A stretch of DNA of 64,000 nucleotides from Octopus sinensis (Eukaryota). Position numbers and translations under genes: made by a program. This document shows positions 12,900 through 27,395 of the stretch, piece after piece. The notes under the pieces were generated by a model. That model was not told the DNA's origin. It saw nothing but the letters and a program-made list of their open reading frames with translations, and ran no database searches. How positions within the stretch are numbered: position 1 is the stretch's first letter; each line of letters opens with the position of its first letter. The DNA lies in the NCBI RefSeq assembly GCF_006345805.1, contig NC_043000.1, positions 119,846,001 through 119,910,000 of the forward strand. Reading direction: 5' to 3'.

Positions 12900-14940
12900 T
12901 GCCGCCATCTGTTGGCATGCTACAGAATTAGTCTGGGAACTTTTTGATATCACCTATGTTAAATGTATTATGTTTGTATTTGTCCAATGGTTGACTAAGA
13001 ATGTCCCAAGAATATACCTTGCATTGAAATATGGAATTATTTTCAATATTTGTAATACTCTTGTAGATCCCATGGTACTCCTCCTTTTTTCGAATGGCAC
13101 TTCACATTGCTTTAGCAACAACAACATGCTGCATGTCAAAGCAATCCCTAACGGCATTTCTTTTGGCAGCTGCTGGTCATGTGATGTTTACCTCAAATAT
13201 ACAGCTAAGTCAAATTTTTCAATTGCCTCTTGAGAGTGTAAGGACTTTGGTGTTTCCTGGCGAGCAAAAGCATAATCTTCAAAAGACAAGTGATGAAGCA
13301 GTCATAAATCCAGAAAAGATCTTCGTGTCATTATAAACATCAAATTTAAGGCAGCGAGCTGGCAGAATCGTTAATGCATTGGATAAAATACTTTGGGGTA
13401 TTTCATCCATCTTTACATTCTGAGTTCGAATGTTGTTGAGGTTGACTTTACCTTTTGTTATTTGGGGTTGATAAAATAAATACCAGTTAAACACTGGGGT
13501 TGATGTAAATAACTTATACTCTTCCTCCGAAATTCTTGGCCTTGTGCCAAAATTTGAAACCATTATTATCATTAAATTTTCTTTAAACGTACCCATGCAT
13601 TCGTTATGTTGATATGCAGAGTGCTTCTATTCTTGGGGTTTGATCTGCTTAACGTTTTTGAGGTTGCTTGGGGCATCTTCAGGAATGGAACACTTGAGGA
13701 ATTCATCCCCACCTTGTAAGATGATGTCTTCTTTATCTTTAGAGCATTTAGATGATATATTTATTTTGCTACTGCTTTTTTTTTTTTATAACCAATTCTA
13801 TCTGAAAGATGGCACACAACACTAGTTTGTTGTCTAGATTGAGTTTAAGCTTCTTTGTGAATATTGTTCTGGAAGCTTTCTGTTGATATTAAGTTTTGGG
13901 CTCAAAGTGGCAAGCTGGCAGAACTGTTACCACTCGGGGGGAAAAAATGCTTAGCGGTATTTTGCCTGTTTTTATGTTCTGGGTTCAAACGTCACCAGGG
14001 GTCATTTTGCTTTTCATTCTTTCATGGTTGATAAAATAAGTACCAGTTACACACTGGGGTCGATATAATCGATTTAATCTGTTTGTCTATCCTTGTTTGT
14101 CCCCTCTGTGTTTAGCCCCTTGTGGGTAGTACTGGGTTCAAATGTCACCAGGGGTCATTTTGCTTTTCATTCTTTCGGGGTTGATAAAATAAGTACCAAT
14201 TGAACACTGGGTTGATGTAATCACTTCACCCAAATCGCTGGTCTTGTACCAAAAATTGAAACATATATGTTCTGAGTTCAAATACGGCAAGGTCAACTTC
14301 GCCATCCATCCTTTTAAAGTTGATAAAATAAACACCAGTTGAACACTGAGATTGATGTAATCGACTTGGTCCCTTCTGCTAAAATTGCAGGCCTTGTGCT
14401 GAAATTTGAAATGTATATTTCTGAGTTCATATTCCTCTGAGGTCGATTTTGTTTTTAATCCTTTCAAAGATGAAGTACCAGTTGTACACTGGGTTGATGT
14501 AATCCTGCCAAAACTTGAAACCAATTTTAAGTTTGGACTCCTTTTATTGTTATTGGGAAAAAAATTTACTGGTTGTACAAGAATCTCAAAAGTTAATACT
14601 AATTCTGATATCATAAATGATTGCAGAATAATAAAAGTCCAGATTGCCTCAGTTTTAAAATCTGATGGAATATAGTCTTTGGCCACTGCTCCTGTATAAT
14701 GTATATTTTTGTCAATAGGTATTTGTAGCGCTTATTACACGGAGCCAGAGAAATGGAGAGAAAGTCTGTTAGTGTGAATGGTTTTGGTTTGAGAAGCAGC
14801 TTTTCATCAATTATGAACATGTCTTTTGGCCAATTTCCATTCCTATATCAGCTGAAAACGTTATTAAAAACCAGCTGTTTCTCAGCATTATGGATATTTA
14901 CAGTGTAGATATTTAGATTGTCTGTGAAGAAGGTAAGGGT
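12900..14940 (-). mobile_element. Highly decayed R4/Dong-like (RLE) non-LTR retrotransposon, interrupted by SINEs
   Basis: Minus-strand fragments in the expected order: FFTDNLNIY (F.DD-like), TFSADIGME, YKYL, MHGY, FEDYAFARQE, TSSCQK, YSWD...KHN. Many stops and frameshifts. Confidence 0.7.
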
Positions 14941-16109
14941 TACATTAGTGTTTTTTGGTCTTAGCTAGGTGCTATGTGTGTGTGTGTGTGTATGCAGATA
15001 AGTATGCATACATATAAAGACACATACACATGTATGTGTGTGTTATAGAGATATGTAAATATGTTTGCAGGCATATTTGTATAATTAGATATGTACATGC
15101 AGATATGTATGTAAAGATGCATGTGTTCATGTGTAAAGATATATACATGTATGCATGTATATCTATCTATCAATATATGTGTGTATGTATGTATGTATAT
15201 GTATGAATATATATGTATATATATATATATATATGTATGTATGAATATGTATGTATGTATATATATGTATGAATATGTATGTATGTATATATATGTATGA
15301 ATATGTATGTATGTATATATATGTATGAATATGTATGTATGTATGTATGTATATATATGTATATAGTGTGTGTATATATGTATATGTATCTGTGTATATA
15401 TATATATATATACATACACACACATACTATTTTACTATCGAGTGTTCCAAGCAAGCATGAATGGGATACTTGTAATAAATTTATAGATTTCAATTAACAT
15501 ATATGCACACCACACACTGCATGCGCATGCACAACGCATGTGTACACCTGCGTACACATTTACATACACACTTACTTAAATGCACACACACACAAACTTT
15601 CTGTACTTTACTGTATGTATTTGGCTTGTATTCAACTTTTAATGTGATACTTCACAGAAATCCTAGCAATGTCACTTTCCTTCTAAATTGAATTTTATAG
15701 TCAGCACCACTGCCGCCGTCGCCTCCACCACCATCATCATCATCATCACTTTTATCATTACTACCACCACATTCGTGATTACCATCATCTTTCCCATCTC
15801 TGTCACCTATGCCTCCACCACCAATACCACCACCATCACCACCACTATCCTATCATTGTAATTAGTCATCATCATCACCATCACCAATATCTGCAGTTCT
15901 ATGATAGCATAGTCTAATCAAATCTGTACTAAAACACATTCTCTATTGGACTCGTTCCACTATCTTCAAGTTTATGCTATTTCCCATTAGAAATTCTGAT
16001 CTTTTCCTAAATCCAAAGGATATATTGGGCCAAAGGGAGGAATTAATCGTAGTCCTACATGTATGACTGTGAACTAATAATGCTTCTGTAGTTCACAGTG
16101 GTGAGTTAT

Positions 16110-16860
16110 ATCATTTGTGCTGGTGCTATTTAAAAAGCACCTCTACTGGCACCAAATAAGAAGCATCCAGTGGGCTAAAATGGTTGGTGTTAGGAAGGGC
16201 ATCCAACCATAGAAACTTTATCAAAGTGGGTAACTGAAACCTGATGTAGCACTCTGGCTTGCCAGTTCTTGCCAAGCCATCCAACCCATGCTAGCATGGA
16301 AAATGGATCATCATTGTCGTCATTGTTTAATGTCTGCTTTCCATGCTAGCATGGGTTGGACGATTTTGACTAAGGGCTGGTGAACCAGATGGCTGCACCA
16401 GGCTCCAATCTCGATCTGGCAGAGTTTCTACAGCTAGATGCCCTTCCTAACGTCAACCACTCCGAGAGTGTAGTGGGTGCTTTTTACGTGTCACCGGCAC
16501 GGAGGCCAGTCAGGCAGTACTGGCAATGACCTCGCTTGAATCCTTTTACACATGCCACCGGCACAGGTGCCAGTAAGGCAATGCTGGTAATTGATCCTGC
16601 TCGAATGGAGCCCTTTTATGTGCCACCGGCACGGAAGCCAATTAGCCGCTCTGGCAACGATCATGCTCGGATGGTACTCTTGGCACCCTACTAGCATGGG
16701 CACAAGTGCCAGTAAGGCGACGCTAGTAACAATCACACTCGAATGGTGCCTTTTATGTGCCACTGGCACGGAAGCTGGTCAGTCACTCTGTCAACGATCA
16801 CATTCGTATGGTGCGCTTTGCACCCCGCTAGCACGGATGCCAGTTATCGAATTTGAATTT
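16110..16860. mobile_element. Tail-to-tail pair of RTE 3' UTR copies
   Basis: The plus copy ends at about 16307 and the minus copy starts at about 16318. Confidence 0.85.
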
Positions 16861-17392
16861 GATTGGTGTTAATTGATAATGATGATGACAACGATGATCT
16901 GGTATCTATTAGGTTTTAAGTGGATTCACTTGATGACAGTAAATGGCTTGTCATATCCATAACTGTCCCTGTTGATTGGGTACAAATTATTAATCCCTCC
17001 AATGCTGGCTTAATATGCCTTTAACTCACTTCACCCATCCTTCCACCCCTATAAAGTCTGGTGTAAACATTCTTATCTAAAGCCTTTCTGGGCTTGTCCC
17101 TGCTCTATGTACCCTCTCACCAACTACAATTATAACAGCTAAAATAAATCTGAATTTAGCACCCTTGTGTTTTCACTACAAAACCATTGGCGAAATGCTC
17201 TGCCTCATATGGAAACTGCAGGAGCTGCTCAGAGATGTTGCAAGCTCTTCTGAATTCATCACGGTGTCAGACATCTTTCCATATCTTCAGGAGGTTATCA
17301 TAAGCAGTTCACCCCGTAACCTGTATACTTTGTCGGAGTTGGGTCATGAGGACTGAAATAGTCTTTGTCTGCAGAAGGTTTCTCCCTACTGT

Positions 17393-17553
17393 TTCTTCTT
17401 CTTCTTCTTCTTCTTCTTCTTCTTCTTCTTCTTCTTCTTCTTCTACTCCTCCTCCTCCTCCTCCTCCTCCTCCTTCTCCTCCTCCTCCTCCTCCTCCTCC
17501 TCCATCTTCTTCCTCCACTTCCTCTTCTTCTCCTTCTTCTACAACAACAACAG
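17393..17553. repeat. (TTC)n-(CCT)n-(CAA)n compound trinucleotide repeat
   Basis: Directly visible. Confidence 0.95.
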
Positions 17554-17554
17554 C

Positions 17555-17820
17555 AGCCTTGAACTGGTTTTTGGTTGCCATGCCTGTCTCCTTGGTGACT
17601 TTCTTCACTCGTTTGGGTTCCAGGCGAATCTTCTGCATGAAATAATGCAGCAGTCTAGCTGAAAAGCCCAATGCAATCAACTTCAATAAGGAATAAGGTC
17701 ACAGTGCCATCCCTTGACAAGGGCCTTGATGACCGTGTCCTGATATTCGGTTTTCTTCAGCTGGTGAGAAATGTCACATGTGTCTACCTAGGGCATTGCA
17801 TTCTTGATTAGGAAGAACAT
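17555..17820 (-). mobile_element. HERO/NeSL-like RLE retrotransposon C-terminal remnant
   Basis: With two frameshifts reads FFLIKNAMP*VDTCDISHQLKKTEYQD...GWHCDLIP/IEVDC/GFSAR..., resembling the LIELTVPWE..AH..K..KY...GW....EVGCRGF pattern of HERO elements. Confidence 0.65.
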
Positions 17821-18219
17821 ATTGTTTCTCTCCACCCCACCCCACCTCATTCCGTAAGTATTCCATCCTCAATCTTCTTCCTTTCTCCATTCAGAGCTCT
17901 ATGTTGTTCAAATGTATTCTTGCAGGTGAACGAAAACCATAAAAAATTATGACACCTGTATTGAATTTGTCTACAGAATCTTGTACACCCTTTAACTTTA
18001 TTTTCATTGTATTTTTATTGCAGTTTTATTATAGTTTATGTCTCTCCTTACCCTCTCTGGGAAAATGTGTCTTCCCTTTGGGTCCACATACATATTTCAG
18101 TCTGAAGCTGGATGCAACATGGAAAATATGTCCCCACCTGTTGCTTTTGTCTTAGGAGCCATGTCACCTTGCCATAAGAATCTAATACTCTTGGATGAGG
18201 TTGTTGCTGTTAGCTTTAA

Positions 18220-18439
18220 CCCTTTAGCATTTAAATCAGCTATATCCAGCCAAAGTATTCTGCCTGTTTTATGTTCAAATTGACCAGGTCTGACCTCTCA
18301 CACCAACCCTACAATATCTTTTTCAAAATTAACAGCTACCTCATCAAAATCTCATAGCTACAAGACAATGTATGATTAGTTCAAAACAAAGTGGATGAAA
18401 AAGAATTAATTTTGGTAGAATAATGCAAACACTAAAGGA
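18220..18439. mobile_element. piggyBac-type MITE copy
   Basis: Starts TTAA|CCCTTTAGCATTT and is colinear with 40522-40743. Right end decayed (CTAAAGGA|TTAG). Confidence 0.85.
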
Positions 18440-19273
18440 TTAGCCCTTTGCAGGTCTCTTCATTTATTTTATCATGAGGGTCCATGTTCTTTTCCCATAA
18501 TTCAAATTATTTATGAATTAAGATATAAAATGGCAGGTGTGTTGAGTTGATGAATTTTCATTAGAGAAAGCTTCCTCTAAGAAGTTCGATTATCAGCTAC
18601 GTTCAAATGCTAAACGTGTAACAGTGTCTTGGTTCAATCTTCATTTAACCTCTTTCCACTTCTATATCAACCTTCCCCAATTAGGTTAATTAAACTATTG
18701 TGCAGGTCTTTGAGCAGTTTAATGGGATACTTCTTAGATATTTCCTTCTGTCTTTTTTTTCGTTAACGTTTATTTTAACCACATATTCGAGGATCATGTT
18801 TTATTCATAGAACTGTCTCCTGTTTTAATAATCTTTCTATTTCAGAGAATAAAGATTTTGTTGCTACTGGCATTGTTGCGTAATGTGTAGTGGTATGCAG
18901 AAACACTAAACTGTTGATGGTCCAAATCAGTGGTTCTTAGCCAGGGTCAATGAAATATTTTTGGGGGTCCACGTAACAAAATAGTAAATTAGGGATCCAC
19001 AATAGTATTTTAAGGGCCTCTGAAAGTATTTGGCTTTAGATGTATTCTTTTATTCTTTTTTACTTGTTTTAGTCATTTGACTGTGGCCATGCTGGAGCAC
19101 CGCCTTCATTTGAACAAATCAACCCCAGGATTTATTATTTGTAAGCCTAGTAGTTATTCTATCAGTCTCTTTTTGCTGGACCGCTAAGTTACGGGGGACA
19201 TAAATACACCAACATCGGTTGTCAAGCGATGGTGGTGGGGACAAACACAGACACAAATAACAAATGCATACAC

Positions 19274-19328
<55 letters not shown>

Positions 19329-20343
19329 ATATATACACATATATACATATACATATATATATCTGTGTATGTATCTTTGTGTCAGTGTTTGTCCCCAATC
19401 ACTGCTTCATAACCTGTGTTGGTGTTCTTGGATCGGTAAAAGTAACCAATAGAATAATTACCAAGCCTTAAAAAAATTGCTGGGGGTCGATTCATTCTAC
19501 TAAAAATTCTTCAAGGTGTTGCCCCAGCATGGCCACAGTCTAATGACTGAAACAAGTAAAAAAGACAAAAAAAAATACATATTTAACAACATTGTATTTT
19601 ATGTTTATAAAATAAACTATAAAATGTTAATTAAGTCAGTTTAATTAATCTTCGTTTACATAGGCTCCCTCCTTAGCACAAAGTATTATTTACATTAAAT
19701 GTGTAAATGAATGTCTATGGAAATTGTAAGGAATGCTGTTTTATGTTTATAAAATACTCTATAAAATGGTAATTAACTCACTTTAATTAATCTTAGTAGT
19801 CACTCATATAAAATGATGTTATATTTATAAAAGTCACTTCCACTTTGTATTGGAGGTCAACGATGTTTAATACGTACATATTTGACGATGTTATTTAATT
19901 GTTGTTGTTCAGCTCCTGATCTATGATCAAACCAGTGATCAAAGACACTCTAATTGTGACCATTCAGACAGTGTATCTAGGTCTGAATTCTCTGGTGTAT
20001 TCTTCTTGATTGTAACATCGTAATGTGAAATTTCAATAGATTTGTCTGATATTTCCTGCAAGTCATGTGGTCACATAGAGGACAGCACGTAATTAGCTTG
20101 TTGCAATCAATTATTCTAAATAGCCAGAGGTTTTTTTTTCTTTTTGTTCTTTTGTAAGTATCTTCTCTCAATTAAGGAACCATAATGGCACCAACTCACA
20201 TCGATGCCGACAGAGTTGAAGAGCATAGCGGTAGTAATGCATCTTGCTCGAGCTTTCTGTGAGGAATGATTGAAACCATAATTCACCTTCATCTCAGCTG
20301 TGGAATCTCATGTTGGCCTCACAAGCTTTGTATGTGTTTAAAC

Positions 20344-20553
20344 CATCATCATCACCATCACTACCATCATCATCATCATCATCATCACTACCATCATCAT
20401 CATCATCATCATCCTCATCATCATCATCATCATCACCATCATCATCATCACTACCATCATCATCATCATCATCACTACCATCATCATCACCATAATCATC
20501 ACTATCATCATCATCATCACTACCATCATCATCATCATCATCATCATCACTAC

Positions 20554-20617
<64 letters not shown>

Positions 20618-20660
20618 CCACCACCACCACCATCATCATCATCATCGACATCAACATCAT
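20344..20660. repeat. (CAT)n-rich microsatellite, probably an expanded RTE tail
   Basis: Directly abuts a minus-strand RTE 3' end at 20660. A similar tract lies at 38325-38550. Confidence 0.9.
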
Positions 20661-21181
20661 TTAATGTTGACTTTTTTCTTTTTTATGTTGGATGGTTTGA
20701 CAGGAGCTGCTGAGCCAGAGGACTGCACTAAGCTCCACTGTCTGTTTTAGTATGTTTTCTAGGGCCTCATGCCATTCCTAACACAAACCGCTTTACAGAG
20801 TGTACTGGGTGTTTTTCTTTTTTTTTTTTTTTTGCATGATGCCAGCAGCAATGAGGTCACCAAATAACTTGCAAGACAAGATCCCCCCCCCCCTCAACTG
20901 AAGCAGGAGAGTAGTATTGAGGGAAGACGTTTTGTGCCAGTTGATGAGAGGTCAAAGTATGTGATAGAAGAGACAGGTATGAGTGACTTGCTGTAGGGGA
21001 GACACATGGTCACTCAAATTGGAAAAGAGAGCGAAGATGACGATAAAGATGTGTCATATGTATTCTCTTGTTACAGGAAGGTGAATATAAGAGAGGTGAT
21101 ACAGAAGTGATACAATCATCATCATCATCAGTTAGCTTTCATTTTCCATGCTGGCATGGGTTGGATGGTTTGACAATTGTC

Positions 21182-21416
21182 AAAAGATGGCGAGCTGGCA
21201 GAAACGTTAGCACGCCGGGCGAAATGCTTAGCAGTATTTCGTCTGCTGGTACGTTCTTAGTTCAAATTCCGCCGAGGTCGACTTTGCCTTTCATCCTTTC
21301 GGGGTCGATTAAATAAGTACCAGTTACGCACTGGAGTCGATATAATTGACTTAATCTGTTTGTCTGTCCTTGTTTGTCCTCTCTGTGTTTAGCCCCGTGT
21401 GGGTAGTAAAGAAATA
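21182..21416 (+). mobile_element. Nin/Deu-domain tRNA SINE with 15-bp TSD
   Basis: GGCGAGCTGGCAGAA head and GCCTTTCATCCTTTCGGGGTCGAT.AAATAAGTACC (Nin-like domain). TSD GGTTTGACAA(T/C)TGTC at 21167-21181 and 21417-21431. Confidence 0.85.
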
Positions 21417-22028
21417 GGTTTGACAACTGTCTGGTGAGTTGGAGAGCTGCACCAAATTCCAGTTGTCTTTTTTGGCATGGCTGGATGCCCTTCCTAATGC
21501 TAACCACTAAGTGTACTGGGTGCTTTTTACATGATACCAACACAAGTGCATTCTATGTGGCTTCAGCGCAGGTGCTATGCATGTAACACTGACACGGCTA
21601 CTTTTTATGTGACACTAGCATGGATGCTTTATATGTGGCACCAGCATGGATGCTTTATATGTGACACTAGCATGGATGCTTTATATGTGGCACCAGCATG
21701 TGTGCTTTGTACATAATACTGGTATAGATGCTTTCTTTGAGGCACTGTTACATGTGCTTTTTATGTGGAACTGGCAAGGGTGCTTCTTATGTGGCACCAG
21801 TATGGGTGCCCTTCATGTGATACCAGCATGGTTGTTCTTTACATGACACTGGCATGGGTGGATTCTTTTCATGGCACCAGCACCAACAGGGTCACCAAGT
21901 AACTTGCAAGACAAAAGCCCCTTCAGCTAAGAGGGGAGCATTAACCAAGGTGATTTGGTTAATACATTCATCAAGATAAAATAAATTGCTTAATTTTAGT
22001 GGTGGAGGTTTATTTGATGTTTATGTGC

Positions 22029-22062
<34 letters not shown>

Positions 22063-22813
22063 TAGGGTGAGAAGTGTTGCTGGATAGAATTTGTTCATTA
22101 TTCCACTTTAGTTTGTTACAACAGCTTTAAAAAGGATGACATCCACTCAAAAGCATGCAGAAATTTTTGAAAATTTTATTTTTGTATAGATCTGGAGGAA
22201 GTTGGTTTAATCAGCCATTAACTAGGCCATGTTGACATCATGCTTGTATATTTAGCTCTCATCAGTTGTTGACTAATTAATTAACATAGAGACAAGGAGA
22301 CTTAAATTAATGCTTGTTATTGAGTTGCTGGCGTTTGCATGTACAACTGAATGTTTGATGTATTTTTATTCACACTTCGTGTGTTTTGTTTTTGTTAGGT
22401 TCTTTTTTGTTTTTTTCACATTTTGTGAATGTTTTTTTTGCTTGTTTTTGTTTTGTCTTGCTTATTTTTATTTTCATCGAGGCAATTTCATCAACAGTTC
22501 CACTCACTTCATTTAATTCGCAAGGACACATGACTGGTTTTTCACTCTGTAGTCAAACACAAGGTGTGGATCGTAATTTTGTTAGGCCTTTGGTGGATGG
22601 TGGCATCTAACAGTCGGAAAAGGAAACTCTACTGCTAACTAAATAGAGATAAAGATCACGCTCACGATACCATCTTCGATAACAGCAACAAAAGTGAGAG
22701 AAGGTAGCAGCAGCAGCAGCACGGCCATAGGAATAACAATAATGATGAGGACAATGATAGTGATGATTATTATTGTTGTTGTTGTCATTATTATTATTGT
22801 TATTATTATCATT

Positions 22814-22848
<35 letters not shown>

Positions 22849-23974
22849 TATGCTGATGATGATGATGACAACAGTAATAATAATATGGTAATCATGTTAT
22901 TGACAAGAACAATAATGGTTTCTTAATCAAACATGATGCCTTTGGCAAAAACCTCAATATAAAGAACTAATATTCATAATAATGATAATAATAATAATAA
23001 GCAATAATAATAATGGAATTATATTCTTTATTAACTATAAAGATATGTTTTTGGCAAGATATATAGAATTATTATCATTATAATTATAATGATAATACTT
23101 ATTATTATTTTCATTATTATCTTATCACATTTTAAAAATATTATTATTATTAATCATTATCATCATCATCATCGTCATCATCTGTTGCTTTAACATTATT
23201 ATTATTATTATTATTATTATTAATCATTATCATCATCATCATCTGTTGTTTTAACATTATTATTATTATTATTATTATTATTACTTGTCCACAGAGAGTA
23301 CAACATGTTCAGTTTGATAAAAAAAAAACTGGTGGCCAATGAGATATCAAGGTTACACAGCTAAATATAAAATGCTGACATTATCTTACAGTTTTCCTGA
23401 AATTGCATTTTTTTAATTCTCAAATTCCAATTTAGTATGTTGAAATCCCATTATTTCTGCTTACTCTGATATCCACTATTTGCATGTCAGCCATCTTGCT
23501 TTTGTCAGCCATCTTAGTTCAGTGATATTTATATTATCCTAAATTTTTCTCTGTGATATATTTTTAAGAAGATAAATAAGACAAAATGAAATGAAAAAAA
23601 AAAAAAAGAAACTATTTTTCATGGTTATATTATGTTTATGTTGTATCTGTTTTATCCATTTCTAAACAAATATATTGATTTTCTAATTCTTGTAGAGGGT
23701 TTGAAGAGAGGAGAGAGAGAGAAAGTGTTTGTGTGTGTGAAGGAGGGAGAGAGAGGGGGAGAGAAAGGTGATTTGGTATTTTAGGGTATCTTTCTGTAAT
23801 AAGATAATATTCTTCTTTGACTTTCTTTTTGATAGTTTTTACAGAGAATGTAAACAAACCAACTCTGGTTGTCAAGCAGTGTGTGTGGGGACATGCACAG
23901 ACAAAAATGATACACATACATCTGCATACACATGCATACACATACTACAAGTTTTTTTCAGTTTCTTATTTTTT

Positions 23975-24405
23975 TATTTCTTTATTGCCTACAAGGGGCT
24001 AAACATAGAGGGGACAAACAAGGACAGACAAAGGGATTAACTTGATTACATCGACCCCAGTGCGTACTTAATTTATCGACCCCAAAAGGGTGAAAGGCAA
24101 AGTCAACTTCGGCGGAATTTGAACTCAGAACGTAATGGCAGACAAAATACCGCTAAGCATTTTGCCCGGCATGCTAATGTTTCTTATTTTTTTATTGCCC
24201 ACAAGGGGCTAAACATAGAGGGGACAAACAAAGGGGTTAAGTTGATAACACCGACCCCAGTGTATAACTGGTACTTAATTTATTGAACCTGCAAGTATGA
24301 AAGGCAAAGTCGACTTTGGCGGAATTTGAACTCGGAACATAACAGCAGACGAAATACTGCCAAGCATTTCGCCCGGCATGCTAACATATCTCCCATCTAG
24401 CCGCT
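23975..24405 (-). mobile_element. Two tandem Nin/Deu-domain SINE copies
   Basis: GAAAGGCAAAGTC.ACTT.GGCGGAATTTGAACTC occurs twice. Further copies at about 13345-13562, 13905-14530 and 34320-34460. Confidence 0.8.
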
Positions 24406-25266
24406 CTTTTTTCAGTTTCTGTCTACTAAATTCACTCACAAGGCTTTGGTTGACCTGAGGCTATAATAAAAGACACTTACCCAAGATTCCACGCAGTGGG
24501 ACTGATCCTGGAACCAGGTAATTGGGAAGTAAACTTCTTACCACACAACCATGCCCATGTCTATGTCACCATTTAAGACCAAGTTATTCATATTTCCTTT
24601 TTTTAATACAGTAAAGTGTGATTAAAGAGAAATTTGACTGCTACTTCTTGCTAGTTGTGCAACCGCATAGAAGCTCCTCTTTGGCCTGATAGACTAATTC
24701 AAACTGTACTGCTTTTTTCTTGGTATGACCCATCCAGTGCCATCTCTGGTTCTGTGACACAAACTTCCTATTTTTAAGTGATTTAAATTAAAACCGTTTA
24801 TGAAAATTTCATTTGGCAACAATTGAATTCCAAAGTCCATTTTTGCCTTTCATCCTTCCAGAGTTGATAAAATAAACACCAATCAAATAATGGATCAATC
24901 TAATTGACTAACGCCCTCTCCCTAGAAATGCTGGTCTTGTACCAAAATTTGATGCAATTCATATTCCTAGCGCCATCTTAACTTAACAAAGTTACTAAAT
25001 TTCTTTTGAAAGACATTGTCCATATTTCAATTAATTTTGAAAATTATAATAAATTAATAAGATTACTTTATCAGAACTAAACTGGTGTCTGGAACATGAA
25101 TCAGCATGAAATTTTAACGAGAGATTTTAATTTAGATTGCCTGAAAACAGGAAGTTTGTATCATAAAATTTGGGACTGTCTCAGGTGGGTTGGTATCAAA
25201 AGGGTTATTCTTTTATTCTTTTATTTGTTTCAATCATTTGGTAGATGGAAACTGAAAGAAGCCCAT

Positions 25267-25309
<43 letters not shown>

Positions 25310-25544
25310 CTGTGTTTGTATCCCCACCATCACTTGACAACCGATGTTGGTGTGTTTATGACCCCATAAGTTAGCGGTTTGGCAAAAGAGGCCGATAGAA
25401 TAAGTACAAGGCTTACAAAGAATAAGTCCTGGGGTTGATTTATTCAACTCAATGTGGTGCTCCAGCATGGCCACTTTCAAATGATTAAAAGAAGTAAAAG
25501 AATAAAATAATAAAAGTGTATATATACATACACACACACTCACA

Positions 25545-25587
<43 letters not shown>

Positions 25588-26624
25588 GTTTATTTATGTG
25601 TGTGTGTGTCTTTGTGTCTGGTTTCTCTGTCCCCCCCCCACCATCGCTTGGCAACCAATGTTGGTGTGTTTATGTCCCCCATAACTTAGCAGTTTGGCAA
25701 AAGAGACTGATGGAATAAGTGCTAGGCTTACAAGGAATAAGTCCTAGGGTCGATTTTTTTCGACTAAAAGGAAAAAAAACAAAAGGCCCTTTAAGGTGGT
25801 GCTCCAGCATGGCCGCAGTCAGATGACTGAAAACAAGTGAAAGAACAAGAGTCTGTTGCTGAGACAAAGGCAGTGTAATTCACCATAAATATAGTAACGA
25901 GGAATAAGGTGAATATATTTGAAAATATGTAGGATGTGTGTACACAGTGACACATCTCTCTTGCGTCTTACTTTATTAGTCATGAAATACACGTATGGAA
26001 AATTTTGTAAAGTGCATCTCTGTCTATTATCTTGCGTTATTGCCTTATTTTTTTTTTCCCCAAACGGACATGAAAAATTTGTATCTGTATCTCTGTGTAC
26101 ATGTCCTCCACTAAACTGATCATCCTGTTGCTTGTGTGTGTGTCACCATGTGTCTCACATGTACACATGTATACCTATATACATATGTGATATGCATAGG
26201 CGCAAGAGTGGCTGTGTGGTAAGTAGCTTGCTTACCAACCACATGGTTCTGGGTTCAGTCCCATTGAATGGCACCTTGGGTAAGTGTCTTCTACTTTAGC
26301 CTTGGGCTGACCAAAGCCTTGTAAGTGGATTTTGTAGATGGAAACTGAAAAAAGCCCGTCATGTGTGTGTGTGTGTGTTTGTTCCCCCCCCATCCCCCAG
26401 CATCGCTTGACAACTGATGTTGGTGTGTTTACGTCCCCATAACTTAGTGGTTCAGCAAAAGAGACCCATAGAATAAGCACTAGGCTTACTAAAAATAAAA
26501 GAATATATATATATATATGGATTGTTTGTATGTCTATGTCCATCTTCACAACTGCTGACCTACATTGCTGCTAGTCTTTCAACATTCAGTCATGCAAGAC
26601 ATATCTCATTATAATTATAATTAT

Positions 26625-26880
26625 CATCATCATCATCATCATTGTTTAACGTCCGCTTTCCATGCTAGCATGGGTTGTACAGTTTTTGACTGAGGTCTGG
26701 TAAGCCAGTGGGCTGCACCAGGCTCCAATCTGATCTGGCAAGGTTTCTGCAACTAAATGCCCTTCCTAACACCAATCACTCCAAGAATGTAGTGGGTGCT
26801 TTTTACATGCCACTGGCATGGGGGCCCAGTCAGGTGGCACTGACATCGACCACACTCAAATGGTGTGTTTTATGTGTCAC
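26625..26880 (-). mobile_element. RTE 3' UTR copy
   Basis: (CAT)n tail followed by TTTAACGTCCGCTTTCCATGCTAGCATGGG. Confidence 0.85.
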
Positions 26881-26901
26881 ATATACACACATGTGTGTGT
26901 T

Positions 26902-26951
<50 letters not shown>

Positions 26952-27249
26952 GTTGTTTGTATTTATACACTCATCCTTACAACTAGTGGCCAACACTGCT
27001 GCTAACTTCTCTGTGTCACTATGTGATGGACAAATAATATGGGTTTTGTATGTTTGTGTGCGTGTATGCATGTATATGTACATATTCTATGCTTCATAAC
27101 TGTGTCTCTCTCAATTTATGTGTAAGTGTTTATAACTCCCCTCTCTGTATCTACCTCTCTGTCTATCTATCTATCTATCTATCAATTGTCTACAGAACAC
27201 ATATACACACAGATGTATATTTATGTACATATATGTATGTGTGCATGTA

Positions 27250-27283
<34 letters not shown>

Positions 27284-27361
27284 TATATATATATATACAC
27301 ATATATATATATATGTATATATATATGTATATATATTTTTATGTATATGTGTGTGTGCATA

Positions 27362-27395
<34 letters not shown>

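Noticed and set aside
20266-20664. Poly-His ORF
   Set aside because: Expanded (CAT)n tail of an adjacent RTE 3' end.
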